Assembly: GCA_010015585.1 (NCBI GenBank)
Contig: ML975150.1
Direction: 5' to 3' (one strand)
DNA length: 64,000 nt
DNA from: Eremomyces bilateralis CBS 781.70
Lineage: Eukaryota
Shown here: one piece after another, positions 14,117 to 26,763 of the stretch
How positions within the stretch are numbered: the first letter of the stretch is position 1
How the letters are laid out: each line of letters opens with the position of its first letter
Notes under the pieces: model-generated
The model's input: the letters and a program-made list of their open reading frames with translations, nothing else
What the model was told of the DNA's origin: nothing
Database searches by the model: none
Program-made: the position numbers and the translations under genes

Positions 14117-15299
14117 TTTTCCTTTCCCCCTTCTGCAACATAGCATTTCGCACAATCATCCTTCACCCCCAACCCTAACTTCCTCGGCCTGCACCGACCA
14201 CCCATTCTCATATTGGAAATTCGTCCTGTTTGATTGCTTTCCCGAGCCGACGAGGCGAATTGGAGCCCAGCAATGGATCCTCGTCCCGTCCCGTCGTTGT
14301 CTTGTCTTGGTTTGGTTGGAGGGTCCATCCGGCCCAATCTACGTCAATCGCAACGTCAATTTATCTCGTCAATCCATGTGCTAAATGTGAACTGTGATGC
14401 AGACCTTTTGCTTTGTTCCTCCTTCCCGCTCGCCCTATATCCCCCTCGAATATTCCTGTCCAAGCCGGCTCGGACGCGGTTGTTGCCTGATCGCCCGCGC
14501 CCCGTTGAACAACGCAATCCTAAACTCGGCCCTCCTAAGTTCCAGACGACCATTTGATTGAGACGGAAATTTGGCATAAATAATGGCCCTTTCGTCTCCC
14601 TGAATCGGCAAGCGGCTTTGATTGACCCTCTCCGACCGAACGTCCCCACTATCGTTACCCATTTGTTTACCGCCTTCCATATACAACGCACTTTACACGC
14701 GTCATATTGTCCCCGCCGATCTTCCACGAGGAGACACAGTACTTCCTGGTTGAGTCTGTTCCAGTGCTCTGGCTGGGTACCCATTCGACCGGGTTATCCC
14801 CGCGGAACCGTCTTCTGAAACCTTGTTTCTAGACTTTCCATATCTCTGGGGAAGTGGGCTACTTTACACGTCTTCCACACTCCGTAGAGCTTCTTCTGCA
14901 GGTCAATTACTTGCAGCTAATTACCCTCGCTAGCCATTCCCTTAGCGGTTTAAGCTTTAGAGTTTCCGTCTCCGTGACGCACCGTTGCGTCCCTGTGCAG
15001 GATAATCAAGAGGTCAAGACCGATTTGGACGCTCCAATTCGTTTAGGCTATCGATCACAGCCAGGCGTGGACTTTGCCAGCCATATAACGTCATATTCCT
15101 TACATTAGACATTCTCAGCTCGGTGCTGGTAGTGGATACAATCTAGAGCAAAAGAGACGCGAGTCCAGTGTTTATTTTCTTGTTAGATATCTTGTCTTTG
15201 TTTGTATCTCATCCCCAAACGTCCTTCGGGCTTGAGATGTTCTGGAGCATCCGCAGGTAGCTGAGATCTACGATTCCAACTCCAGGCTGAGTTGACACC

Positions 15300-16056
15300 A
15301 TGCCGGAATACAACATCGTCGTTCTAGGGTCGGGTGGTGTAGGGAAAAGTTGTCTCACGGCCCAGTTCGTTCAAAATGTGTGGATCGAAAGCTACGACCC
15401 CACCATCGAAGACTCATACCGAAAGACCATAGACGTCGACGGCCGGCAGGTCGTGCTCGAGATTCTCGACACCGCAGGCACGGAACAGTTTAGTGAGTCC
15501 CTCATTCCAACAACCGGACCATCCGCCTAATCACCGACCAGCCGCCATGCGCGAACTCTACATGAAAACCGGCCAAGGCTTCCTCCTCGTCTTCTCCATC
15601 ACCTCCCTCTCCTCCCTCGCCGAACTCTCCGACCTCCGCGACCAAATCATCCGCATCAAAGATGACCCGCGCGTCCCCATCGTCCTCGTCGGCAACAAAT
15701 CCGACCTCGAGGACGAGCGCGCCGTCTCGCGCACCCGCGCCTTCCAGGTCTCGCAGAACTGGGGCAACGCCCCGTATTACGAGACCAGCGCCCGGCGGCG
15801 TGCGAACGTCGACGAGGTGTTTCGGGATCTGTGCCGCCAGATTCTGAGGAAGGATATGGAGTTGAATGCGACGCGGTATAGTGGCAGTGGGGGGCCGGGG
15901 TATGGGTTGCGGGCTTCGGGCGGGCGGACGGTGGGGGGTGCGAATGGGATGGGGAGGAGACAGAAGGATTGGTACCATGATGGGTATGGGAACTCGTCGC
16001 AAGGGTTGCGGAGGAGGGCTCATCGGAAGAGGGATCAGAGATGTACGATTTTATGA
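15300..16056 (+). CDS. RSR1: Ras-family GTPase Rsr1/Bud1 (Rap1/Krev-1-like)
   Basis: GSGGVGKS P-loop, [11 protein letters not shown] effector loop, Rap-type DTAGTEQF (Thr61), NKSD, ETSA, C-terminal CAAX CTIL; one intron at about 15493..15541. Confidence 0.92.
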
Positions 16057-16284
16057 TCGATGGCGTGGATGCGAAAAGCGACTTTTTCTCAATGGACGAT
16101 ATAAGGATGACGGAGGGGTGGGTACGGCGCTCTCCACAGGTACATTCGGCTTTGGCTTCAACAATAGAACAATAGTGTGTATCTTTTCGGACTCAATAGC
16201 GCATCACTAGAGATGGATAGTGAACGAACCATGTACGACTCCCAACCGCGCGTTGCATCAAAACAGCGCATGATATTCACATTT

Positions 16285-17771
16285 TTATCTGCTCTCACTA
16301 TACTCCTTATTAAACGCCCTCCCAATTACGATCCTCCGCACCTCGCTCGTCCCCGCCCCAATCTCATACAACTTTGCATCCCTCAACAACCGTCCCACCG
16401 GCACCTCATTCACATACCCGGTCCCCCCCATCAACTGAATCGCATCCAACGCACACTCCGTCGCCCTCTCCGCCGCATACAGGATCGCCCCCGCGCAATC
16501 CTGCGTCCTCACCACCGCCCCCGTCTCGCTCCCAGCCGTCCGATCCACCGCCTCCGCCACCGCATACGTAAACGCGCTACTCGCCCGCCACCGCGTGTAC
16601 ATATCCGCTAACTTACCCTGCACCAGCTGATTCGTCGCGATCGGCACCCCGAACTGCTTCCGCTGATGCGTGTACGGCAGCGCATTATCCAAACACGCCT
16701 GCATGATCCCCAGCGGGCCCGCCGAGAGGACCAGGCGCTCGAGGTCGAGGCCTTCCATGAGGACGCGCACACCGGCGTCGACGCGGCCGAGCACGTGGGT
16801 TGCGGGGACGAAGACGTCGGTGAGGAGGAGCTCGCCGGTGTTGCTGCCGCGCATGCCGAGCTTGTCGAGCTTGCGGGCGCAGGAGAAGCCGGCGGTGGTG
16901 GTGGGGACGAGGAAGGCAGTGATGCCTTTGCTAGCGGCGGAGGGGTTGGTTTTGGCGTAGACGATGACGAGGTCGGCGTCGGGGCCCTAGGGGAGGGATG
17001 TTAGTTTAAGTCATTGTCGGGAGACCGCGTGATAGTAGATAGAGTGCCAATGAGGGGTGACGTACGTTGGTGATCCACATCTTGGTGCCGTTGAGAAGAT
17101 AGCCCCCGTCGACTTCCTTGGCCGTCATCTTCATGCTCACGACATCTGAGCCCGCCGAATGCTCTGACATAGCCAACGCGCCGATTGCATCCCCGGACAA
17201 CAGTCTAGGGAGCCACTCTACTTTCTGCTCCTGCGTTCCGTTCAGCATGAGCTGGTTCACACATAGCTGGGAATGCGCGGCGTATGAAAGTCCAATGCTG
17301 CCTGGATCAATCAGTATACCTTGTTTGAATTCAGGGACGACGTCATATGCATACCAGATGCCCGACTGAGCTCCTCCATCACCACACAATGGGCCTGATA
17401 TCCCATCCCTAGCCCGCCGTATTCCTCGTCCGCTGTGATCCCAAGGAGCCCCGCATCCCCGAGTTTCTTCCACATATCTGCCGGGAACTCATTATCGCGA
17501 TCGGTCTTCGTCGCGACCTCTTCGGGGATCTCTCGTCCTAGAAACCGGTTAGGTTACGCTGGGAAGTGTCCGCCGGGGGCGTACGGGTGAACTCCTGTAC
17601 TCTCTCCCGTAGTTCTTCGAGATCTTCTTTGGACGGCGGAACGAACCCTTTCGGATGTTTCGTTGACGCCGCTCGTGCGAATTGGAGCGAAATGCCGGCC
17701 CTTCTTCGCCGTGGACGACAGGCTAGTCGGATGCTGTTTGCAAAGCGTATGGGGGTGGTGCGGGATGCCAT
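16285..17771 (-). CDS. ivdA: Isovaleryl-CoA dehydrogenase, mitochondrial
   Basis: Arg-rich presequence; [64 protein letters not shown] across ORFs 17538..17771, 17006..17473 and 16285..16854, joined by GT-AG introns. Confidence 0.93.
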
Positions 17772-18100
17772 TGCTGCTACGACGGCACCAAAGAACGTTC
17801 GTTGCCTAAGTAGACTAAAAGCGATGAAGTTGAATAACTGTTCCTAGCTCTTAAAGATAAGTTTCTACCATCATATCCTGCATCCGCATCTTTCATGTCT
17901 CGGCTTCTGCTCGAAAGTCCGATGCCCCGGATTTGCAGTTACAGGGGACCAACCCCTCCACAGTCCCGGTTTGCATCGGCCTAACGGGTCTCCAACGTCA
18001 GAGCAACCACACCCTCAAGATTTGCTGGAGTTGAATGACCTTCTCCTGTATTCTGGATATTCCATGCGAATTTTGGATATGCAGTGACCCTCAAGACACA
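17772..18100. promoter_or_regulatory. Probable bidirectional promoter of ivdA and mccB
   Basis: About 330 bp separate the divergent start codons of two consecutive leucine-catabolism enzymes. Confidence 0.6.
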
Positions 18101-19876
18101 ATGTCTTCTTCTACCCTCCCTTCGTGCGTGCGAAGGTCATTTCGGACCGCTTCACTACGCAGTCGCTCATTGAGACACCCTAATACGACGAGACGAACCA
18201 TCGCGACACATACACATTCCCACCATGCGAATGCCATTTCCGTCCTGCCGACCGCGGTCGACACATCTTCCGGGGATTTCAAGGAAAATGCACGCCAGAT
18301 GGATGAGCTGGTGGAGGAAATGAAGCAATTGCACGTCAAAATATCAGAAGGTGGAACACAGAAGGCGAGGGATAAGCATGTTGCGCGAGGGAAGATGCTA
18401 CCCCGAGACCGCGTTACTTCCCTGATAGATCCGGGAACTGAATTCCTCGAGTTGTCGCCTCTTGCTGGGCATGAAGTCTATCCCGGAGAGGATGTCCCCT
18501 CCGGAGGGATAATCACCGGGATTGGTGTCGTTGAAGGCGTAACATGCATGATCGTAGCGAACGACAGCACAGTAAAAGGAGGAACATACTATCCCATCAC
18601 CGTAAAGAAGCATCTCCGAGCGCAAGCCGTGGCCGAAGAAAACAGATTACCATGCATCTACCTGGTCGACTCCGGCGGGGCCAACCTCCCACATCAAGCC
18701 GACGTCTTCCCCGACCGCGACCACTTCGGCCGCATATTCTTCAACCAGGCCCGCATGTCTTCCAAAGGCATCCCGCAGATCTCCATTGTCATGGGCCCAT
18801 GTACGGCAGGTGGTGCATACGTGCCAGCTATGTCCGATGAATCCATCATCGTGCAGGAACAGGGGCACATTTTCCTCGCCGGCCCACCCCTCGTGAAAGC
18901 GGCGACCGGGGAAGTGGTCAGCGCCGAAGATCTGGGCGGTGGAAGGCTACACACCGAAGAGAGCGGCGTCGCGGACTATCTTGCTGTCGACGACGCGCAC
19001 GCCATCGTTCTCGCCCGACGGTCCGTCTCGAACCTGAACCTCGGCCGACTCCCTCCCAACCGCAGCGGTGAAGAAATCCTAAGCGGCCTCGACCGCCCAT
19101 CCAACCTCACCACCGAGTTCAAAGAGCCACTCTACGACCCCACCGAGCTCCACGGCATCGTCGGCGCCAACCTCCGCAAACAGATCCCCATCCACGAAAT
19201 TATCGCGCGCCTCGTCGACGGCTCCGAGTTCGCCGAATTCAAGCCTTCCTACGGCTCGACACTGGTCACAGGCTTCGCATTCATCCATGGCTTCCCCGTC
19301 GGCATACTCGCGAACAACGGCATCCTCTTCAGCTCGTCGTCCGTGAAAGGCGCGCATTTCATCCAGCTATGCGCGAGCCGACGCATCCCGCTAGTGTTCC
19401 TGCAGAACATCTCAGGGTTCATGGTCGGGAAGGAGGCGGAGAAGGGTGGCATCGCGAAGGATGGGGCGAAGCTGGTGACCGCGGTGGCGTGTGCCGACGT
19501 GCCGAAGTTCACGGTCGTGGTGGGTTCGTCGGCGGGAGCGGGGAACTACGGGATGTGTGGGCGGGCATATTCGCCGCGGTTGCTATTTACGTGGCCGAAT
19601 GCGCGGACGAGCGTGATGGGGCCGGATCAGTTGACGTCGGTGATGGAGGCGGTGGGGAAACAGGTGGATACGGGGCTGCGGGATCGGATCGAGAGGGAGA
19701 GTCGGGCGGTGTTTGGGAGTGCGAGATTGTGGGATGATGGGATCTTGCCGCCGGTGCAGACCAGGCAGTACTTGGGGGTGGGATTGAGAGCGGCGTATGC
19801 GAATAGCGATTGGAGATTAGGGGGAGAGGAGCGGTGGAGGGAAAGGGGCGGGAGATGGGGAGTATTCCGGATGTGA
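18101..19876 (+). CDS. mccB: 3-methylcrotonyl-CoA carboxylase beta subunit (intronless)
   Basis: [59 protein letters not shown] and the C-terminal GVFRM. ATG 18101 begins a mitochondrial-type presequence. Confidence 0.95.
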   Translation: MSSSTLPSCVRRSFRTASLRSRSLRHPNTTRRTIATHTHSHHANAISVLPTAVDTSSGDFKENARQMDELVEEMKQLHVKISEGGTQKARDKHVARGKMLPRDRVTSLIDPGTEFLELSPLAGHEVYPGEDVPSGGIITGIGVVEGVTCMIVANDSTVKGGTYYPITVKKHLRAQAVAEENRLPCIYLVDSGGANLPHQADVFPDRDHFGRIFFNQARMSSKGIPQISIVMGPCTAGGAYVPAMSDESIIVQEQGHIFLAGPPLVKAATGEVVSAEDLGGGRLHTEESGVADYLAVDDAHAIVLARRSVSNLNLGRLPPNRSGEEILSGLDRPSNLTTEFKEPLYDPTELHGIVGANLRKQIPIHEIIARLVDGSEFAEFKPSYGSTLVTGFAFIHGFPVGILANNGILFSSSSVKGAHFIQLCASRRIPLVFLQNISGFMVGKEAEKGGIAKDGAKLVTAVACADVPKFTVVVGSSAGAGNYGMCGRAYSPRLLFTWPNARTSVMGPDQLTSVMEAVGKQVDTGLRDRIERESRAVFGSARLWDDGILPPVQTRQYLGVGLRAAYANSDWRLGGEERWRERGGRWGVFRM

Positions 19877-20583
19877 TCTGATATTTATGCGGCCTATCAT
19901 ATTCAAACTAAATACCTAACTGATCTCGGCACTACCTAAGATAGAAAACGGAGTCCTGGGGGACAGAAATCGGGATGGTGCTAACCATTAGATGCACAGC
20001 AGGGCAGAAAATGATGCGCGGTTGATGAGGTTGGTGTACCTGTGGAACCACAGCTCTGAACGAGATTAATGTAAAAGGGATGGTTCATAATTCATATAGA
20101 TCTTTAGATCTACCTGTACTCGTAAACGGCGCAGAGGAATGCAGGCCAGATTTATTAATATTGTTCCTATGTACCGACAGTAGATGTTGTCTAGACTGGT
20201 GATAGGGGCAGCTGGGGAGTAAAAACCGGGCTTGCGGTGCGGTACTGCCTCAGGCTGACAGGAATCAATGTCTGCTCTGCCCCGCCACCCATTTAGCCTG
20301 ACAGCCTGACGAGCGGCACGAGCCCTAGTGATGAAGACGTCAACGTCACTTGCCCACGCAACCAACAACCAACAGTATCATTCTCCCCGAGTGTCCACGC
20401 AATTCCGGGTTCCGATCCTCTATCAATCAATTCGCGTGCCTGGATCTTCTATTTTCAGGACAAGGCAACAGCCGGATACAAAAGGTTTCCTGGGTTTCCG
20501 TCCATTCTGCGAGATCCGCACATCCCCGCCTGCGCCCTCTCCTTCGGTTTCGCTACCGGCACTAAGGACAAACATCATTCATC

Positions 20584-22705
20584 ATGAATGTCATAAAGCT
20601 ACAGAGGTGCGTATAATACGCCTTAGTATGGCGCAGGAAGCTAATACTCACTGCACCTCTTCAGGAAGTATCCTCAATTCCCCCAGAATGAGATCTTCGA
20701 CCTCCAAAATGCCTTCCGTAAACTCGACGTGGACGACAAAGGCTACCTCGACGAGGCCACCGTGATCAAGGCCACGCAAACCACGGAGCGACAGCCGTAT
20801 GACGTCGTGCGCCAGGCGCTTAAGGAGGTCGAGCTAGATAGCTCAAGAAGGGTGGAGCTCGAGGACTATGTCGATGTATGTCATTCCCTGCCAGTCTGTA
20901 TCCTCCGCAACTGCTGACGGTATTGCGGTACAGCTCATCTCGAAATTACGAGAATCCTCTCCCGCGCAACAGCGCATGTCGACCGGCCCCCAACGGTCGA
21001 GAGGACTCTCCGGTGCAGGGAGTGCGTTGCCTGCCGCATCCGGGCATGCGCACAAGGGCAGCCATGGTGGCGGACGTATACAAGTCCAGGGCTCGTCCTC
21101 GAACGTAACGCATACGATCAACGAGGATGAAAGGACGGAGTTCACCCGGCACATCAACGCCGTCCTCGCTGGCGATCCGGATATCGGGCACCGGCTGCCG
21201 TTCGCGACCGATACGTTCGAGATGTTCGACGATTGCAAGGATGGGTTGGTGCTTGCTAAGTTGATCAACGATAGCGTTCCGGACACGATCGACGAGCGCG
21301 TGCTGAACCGACCGGGGGTGAAGATCAAGACGTTGAATGCGTTCCATATGACTGAAAACAACAATATCGTCATCAACTCGGCGAAGGGTATTGGCTGCTC
21401 GGTGGTCAACATTGGTAGCGGCGATATCATCGAGGTTCGGGAGCATTTGATTCTTGGATTGATTTGGCAGATCATCCGGAGAGGTTTGCTTGGAAAAATC
21501 GATATCAAACTGCATCCGGAGCTGTACCGATTGCTGGACGAGGATGAGACTCTGGAACAGTTCCTACGACTTCCACCGGAGCAGATCTTATTGCGTTGGT
21601 TCAACTACCACCTTAAGAACGCCAAATGGAATAGGACGTAAGTGACACGCCTCAGTGCCACCATACCAAAACTGACTCGAATAGCGTCTCCAACTTCTCC
21701 ACCGACGTCAAAGATGGCGAGAACTACACCGTCCTCCTCAACCAACTCGCCCCCGATGTATGCTCCCGCGGCCCCCTCCAGACTCGCGATCTCCTCCAAC
21801 GCGCCGAGCAAGTCCTCGACAACGCCGACAAGCTGGAATGCCGCAAATTCCTGACCCCCACCTCCCTTGTCGCCGGCAACCCGAAGCTCAACCTCGCGTT
21901 CGTCGCGAACCTCTTCAACACGCACCCCGGCCTCGACCCGATCACCGAGGAAGAAAAAGCCGACATCGACGACTTCGACGCCGAGGGCGAGCGCGAAGCC
22001 CGCGTCTTCACCCTGTGGCTCAACTCCCTCGACGTGCAACCGACAGTGGTCTCCTTCTTCGACGACCTGCGTGACGGCGTCGTGCTACTGCAGGCGTTCG
22101 ACAAGGTGATCCCGGGCACGGTCAACTGGCGGCACGTGAACAAGGCACCGGTGAGCGGCGGCGAGCTGATGCGGTTCAAGGCGCTGGAGAACACTAACTA
22201 CGCGCTCGAGCTGGGCAAGCAGAACCAGTTCAGCCTCGTGGGCGTGCAGGGGGCGGACATCACGGACGGGCAGCGTACGCTGACGCTCGGGTTGGTGTGG
22301 CAGCTCATGCGGAAGGACATCGTGTCGACACTATCGTCGCTAGCGCAGCAGATGGGAAAGCGAGAGATTACGGATACGGATATGGTACGGTGGGCAAACG
22401 ACATGGCTAAGAAGGGAGGAAGGAGCTCAACGATTCGGTCGTTTAAGGATCAGTCGCTGGGGAATGGCATCTTCCTCCTGGATGTGCTCAATGGGATGAA
22501 GAGCAGTTACGTCGACTATGACCTCGTGGCGCCGGGCCGAACGGATGAGGAGGCGTATGCGAATGCGAAGTTGGCCATTAGCATTGCGAGAAAGATGGGC
22601 GCGACGATTTGGTTGGTGCCGGAGGATATTTGCCAAGTGCGGAGCCGGCTGGTCTTGTCGTTCATCGGCAGCTTGATGAATACTTATGAGAGAGGCATGC
22701 ACTAG
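20584..22705 (+). CDS. SAC6: Fimbrin (actin-bundling protein, EF-hand plus tandem CH domains)
   Basis: MNVIKLQR first exon; HTINEDERTEFTRHIN, DGLVLAKLIN, HLILGLIWQIIRRGLL, LPPEQILLRWFNYHL, LTLGLVWQLMR, NAKLAISIARKMGA; three GT-AG introns. Confidence 0.95.
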
Positions 22706-22945
22706 AAGAGTGGGAGGTTGGATGATCGCTTATTCGTAGTTGAGTTGTCAAAGAGCGCGTTCTGGTTCACAAATTCTTACGATGCGATAGCATAGCAATG
22801 TTGAAAATGTGAAATTTTTATTGCCCCAAGGAAATTAATTCAAATCCAGGATCTATATATGCGAGCTCTTGTCATTCTGCTATTCATTATTGGTCCCTGA
22901 AGAAACGAAGCCAAAAAGGTGGCCGCCCCCCATCCGTCCGCCCTC

Positions 22946-23945
22946 TCACAACTCAAACTTCTGCCCCACAAGCTCCTCACTCAACGTCCACAACCTCGCC
23001 GCATCCTCCGGATCCGCCGCCCAGGCCTTCTGCTGCTTCACCGCGCAATCCACAAAATACTTCCCGCTCTGGCTCTCCACCCGCGGATCCAACGCCGCCA
23101 CCAACGACGTCGCGCATCCCTCCTCTTTCGTCTTCCGCGGGTCGATCTCAAAACCATACGACTTCGCCATCTCACCAATGTTCTGGACCTGCTCCTGGGT
23201 AAGATGGGCCACGAGGTTTGTCTCGTAAATACTTCCCGGGTGCACGCTAAACGCGAGGAGTCCCCTGGCCGCGCCCCGCTTCGCGAGCTCCAGGCTGAAG
23301 AGGATGTTGGCGGCCTTGCTCTGCCCGTAGCTCTCCCAGGGGCTGTATGCCTTGCCGTCGGAGAAGTTGTAGTCGTCGAATCGGACAGGCGCGTTTTGGT
23401 GCCCGGCGCTGCTGAGGTTGACGATACGGCTGCCGTTGCCGGCGGCGAGGAGCAGCGGGGTAAGGAGGGCGGTGAAGAGGAAGTGGCCCACGTGGTTCGC
23501 CGCGAATTAGTATTCGATACCGGCTTTGTTGAGCGTGTAGTCCATGATTGCCATCACGCCGGCGTTATTGATGAGGACGTCAAGTTTAGAGGTTTGCGAT
23601 TGGATCGCAGAGGCGGCGGCGCGGATGGAGTCGAGGTCGGTGAGGTCGACGTTCACGAAGACGGCTTTGATCGACGGATCGATCGCGTGGATCTTCTGGA
23701 TGACGGGTGTGATTTTGGATTCGCTACGCGCGAGGAGGAAGATGGCGGCGGGGTGCCCGTGGGCCAGGGAGGTGGCGGTGGTGGCTCCGAGTCCATTCTC
23801 GCTGGCGCCAGTGACGGCGACTGTTGAGGTCAATATACGGTTAAGGGCCATACAGAGGGAGGTACCTACAGGTCCTGCCTTTGGCCTGCTCTGGGAATGC
23901 CTCGACAACCTGCTGGCCGGTGGTGTGGAAACCGAATTGAGTCAT
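22946..23945 (-). pseudogene. Short-chain dehydrogenase/reductase (retinol-DH/WWOX-like) interrupted by one in-frame TAA
   Basis: ATG 23945 (MTQFGFHTTGQQV), TGASENGLG, LINNAGVM, GIEY*FAANHVGHF with the stop at 23507-23509, NLSSAGH, YGQSK, HPG. ORFs 23507..23908 and 22946..23491 are in the same frame. Confidence 0.75.
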
Positions 23946-24545
23946 CTTGACGGCAGCTCTCCGTGGTAACAATAGTTAAGTTCGACTGGTCTGGTTATTG
24001 AAGATTGAGTGAGGTCCAGTTGTGAGCGGTATGACTTGGCTAGTTTCTCCTGATGGTGAGTCTGAAGTCGATTGCGACATTGGCATGATTCCTACGATCT
24101 TATATACTTCTACATCTCCACAGCCATCCATCTCCAATCTCCAGTCAATATGATCCGGAGCTCTAGTCCTTATGGCCGTATTTCCTGTTTCAGAACCAGT
24201 TAACTCCGGACATCCACTATTTAATAAGACGGTGTTAAAGGAGAAGGTTGGACAGAGGGAGAAAGCCCGGAGGAGGTCGGAGTTTAGAGGCACAGGGCAA
24301 AATTTCGATGGCATAAATCCGGAGCAACGAGCGCTAAACTCGATCAGGCAAATTGTTGATGGTAATTATAACCAACAGTTAACTGGGACATAACACCCAT
24401 ATGATAGTTTGACAATCGAATAAATTGATGCCATATCGAGATCTCAACTTGTCCGTATGAAGCTCGGAACTTCAATTGGTATTACTAGAACTATCCTAGC
24501 CGAATAGACTCAACATGTAATGTCATTATCAGCAGCATCCACGCG

Positions 24546-26204
24546 TCAGGTTGGATATAGGTACACCAAGCTCCCTAACTGGCCCTTTAGAAGCTCTTCA
24601 TCCCAAAGGAACTGTGTCACAGAAGCCCTGAGATCCTCATATGTGTCGATATCCAGAGTCCTCGCTGCTTCCTTTAGCAAGTCAGCAAACGATGTTCGAC
24701 TTCCAAGAGACAAAGACGACGAGACCGACGCTACGGTCAGACTCCAGATCAAGATCAGCCTGGCACTCCTCCCCTCGATGACCGTGGATCTTGCAATGTC
24801 TCGGAGCTTGTCCGCGTACAATCGGCCAGGGATAATGTCGATCCCGAACTTTCCCCTCAATTGAGTGATATAAAGTATCGCACCAAGTCTGAATACCTCA
24901 GTTACCAGAGCCGTTTGGCTTCCATCTGCAGGTCGGTGCATGGATAGGAGGTCGTGGAGAATAGGCGAAATGTGGAATCCAGGGAAGATAGTGTCGCTCC
25001 AAAGATCTCGTATCTTGCTTTCAGTGCGCATCAGAGTCTGCGCAGCTTTGATAGCTTCATGTATTCGCATCACTAGGGGCTTATCAGACGCGTGTATACA
25101 AGATAAAATCGGAGTGTCAGCGGTTTGGGGTGGCAGATTTGCTTCGTGGATGCTTTGCGCGCTTGGAACCAAATGAAAGGGCGGAAGGAAACGTGGTACT
25201 ATATCCTGGATATATGATCCGTTCACGTCGACCCTGTTTCATCCTCAGCTTCTACATGTTGCTATTCCAGCATCAAGAGGACTGATGAAGAGTATAGATC
25301 TCACCAATATAACATAACCCTCAGTAAAGGATTGGTGTCCAAAGTCTGAAGGCCCCCTCTTCTTCGAAGAACGCTGGCTAAGCCATCCAGATGCACATTC
25401 AACGCCCGAGAGTCCTTTACAAGGTTCTGCTATCACCGTCAGCGCGATTCTCACTATCACCACTGTTTGCCGTACTGCACCACATGCAAAGGCTAAAATA
25501 GCACATATCGCCTCATCCGTGAAGGAGTCCTGTGGGTGGTCTAACTGCTGCTGGAGTCTCCGCACGGCGCTCATTGAGTACCGAAGGTGATCTGATTTGC
25601 TTCCGCTCGATCTAAGATGGGCAAGGTGCCAGGATGACATTGCCATTGTTTGGCAGAATGCAGAGGACTGTCGGACTTGATTGAGGAATCCGAAGTCTCG
25701 CATCGTTCGGAACATGATGCAAGTTCCATCGTACACTACTTATCAATGAGAACTATCACGTATAGCAAAATAGGCACATATGACCGTGCGACACGATCTG
25801 AAGACAAGAGGGGACATACAGTGATTGTACAACTCTTGCTCATGTCCACCCATACGGATTGGATACTGGAAAAACGGATCCATAAGCCCAGTATCAAGCA
25901 CCGTCACTGGACGAGGGCTAGGGATGTTGCTGCTGGTGCTTTGTTCAATGTTCAACAGTTGTTCGTCCTTCTGTATAGCAGAGTGATCAGGATTAAGGTG
26001 ACGATAAAAGAGAGGGGCAACATCTAGTTCAATTCGATTCATGCTTTGCCGGTCAGCGATCCTTCGACGATGGTATCCCTTGATCGCATGGCTGCGAACA
26101 ATTTGCCGGTTTTGTGTACTTCTGGAGCTTGTTGGGTCACTGAAAGTTATGAACTTCAACTCCTGGCTACCAACGGCGGAAGTGGGACGTCCCTCCATTG
26201 TCAT
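24546..26204 (-). CDS. Fungal-specific transcription-factor-like protein without a Zn2Cys6 cluster, multi-exon
   Basis: N-terminal LKFITFSDP...RQIVRSHAIKGYHRRR and LDTGLMDPFFQYP; central FTDEAICAILAFAC; C-terminal EVFRLGAILYI...FLWDEELL. Pieces lie in ORFs 25743..26264, 25245..25736 and 24546..25226; exact splice sites are approximate. Confidence 0.65.
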
Positions 26205-26763
26205 CCATGCCTGTTGGAAGAGTACAGCACTGGTTCTTTCCTTCCTGTCCTGATAGTCGAACACTATTGTCTCAGCTCTTCTAAACAGATATTAAGCCCG
26301 ATATAGAGTGTGGAAAATAGGATTGGGGACCATGACAGTATAGAGTAGGCCCCCGCTCAGCAGTGCAAAGCGAGTGTTGTAGAGACTCTCTCGCTGAGTA
26401 ATATTACTCAGTAGGTAGTAATGCACGAAAGAAGCTAGGAAGGTTACAGGTAAAATGTGAAGACGACTAGACTCGGATAGGACTCGTTGACCCTGCACAT
26501 GCATGCAAGTTGCTCGGGTCTCATCAAACGAACAGGCCTACTGATACGCTTCATGTTGGTCCTACATCCGCCACTTCTGACGCCTTACAATGAAGGGGTC
26601 GATGTCTACTGAGGATATATATTCTCCACACAAGGAACCGATGGCGGCTTGGGGTTGCAATATCAGTACGGTTAAGTCATGAATAGAGCACTAAAGCCGC
26701 ACGTTTATTCAGTGAACCTATCTCTGGCGCTGACAATTCTGTCATAACCGGATATCTCCAGAG

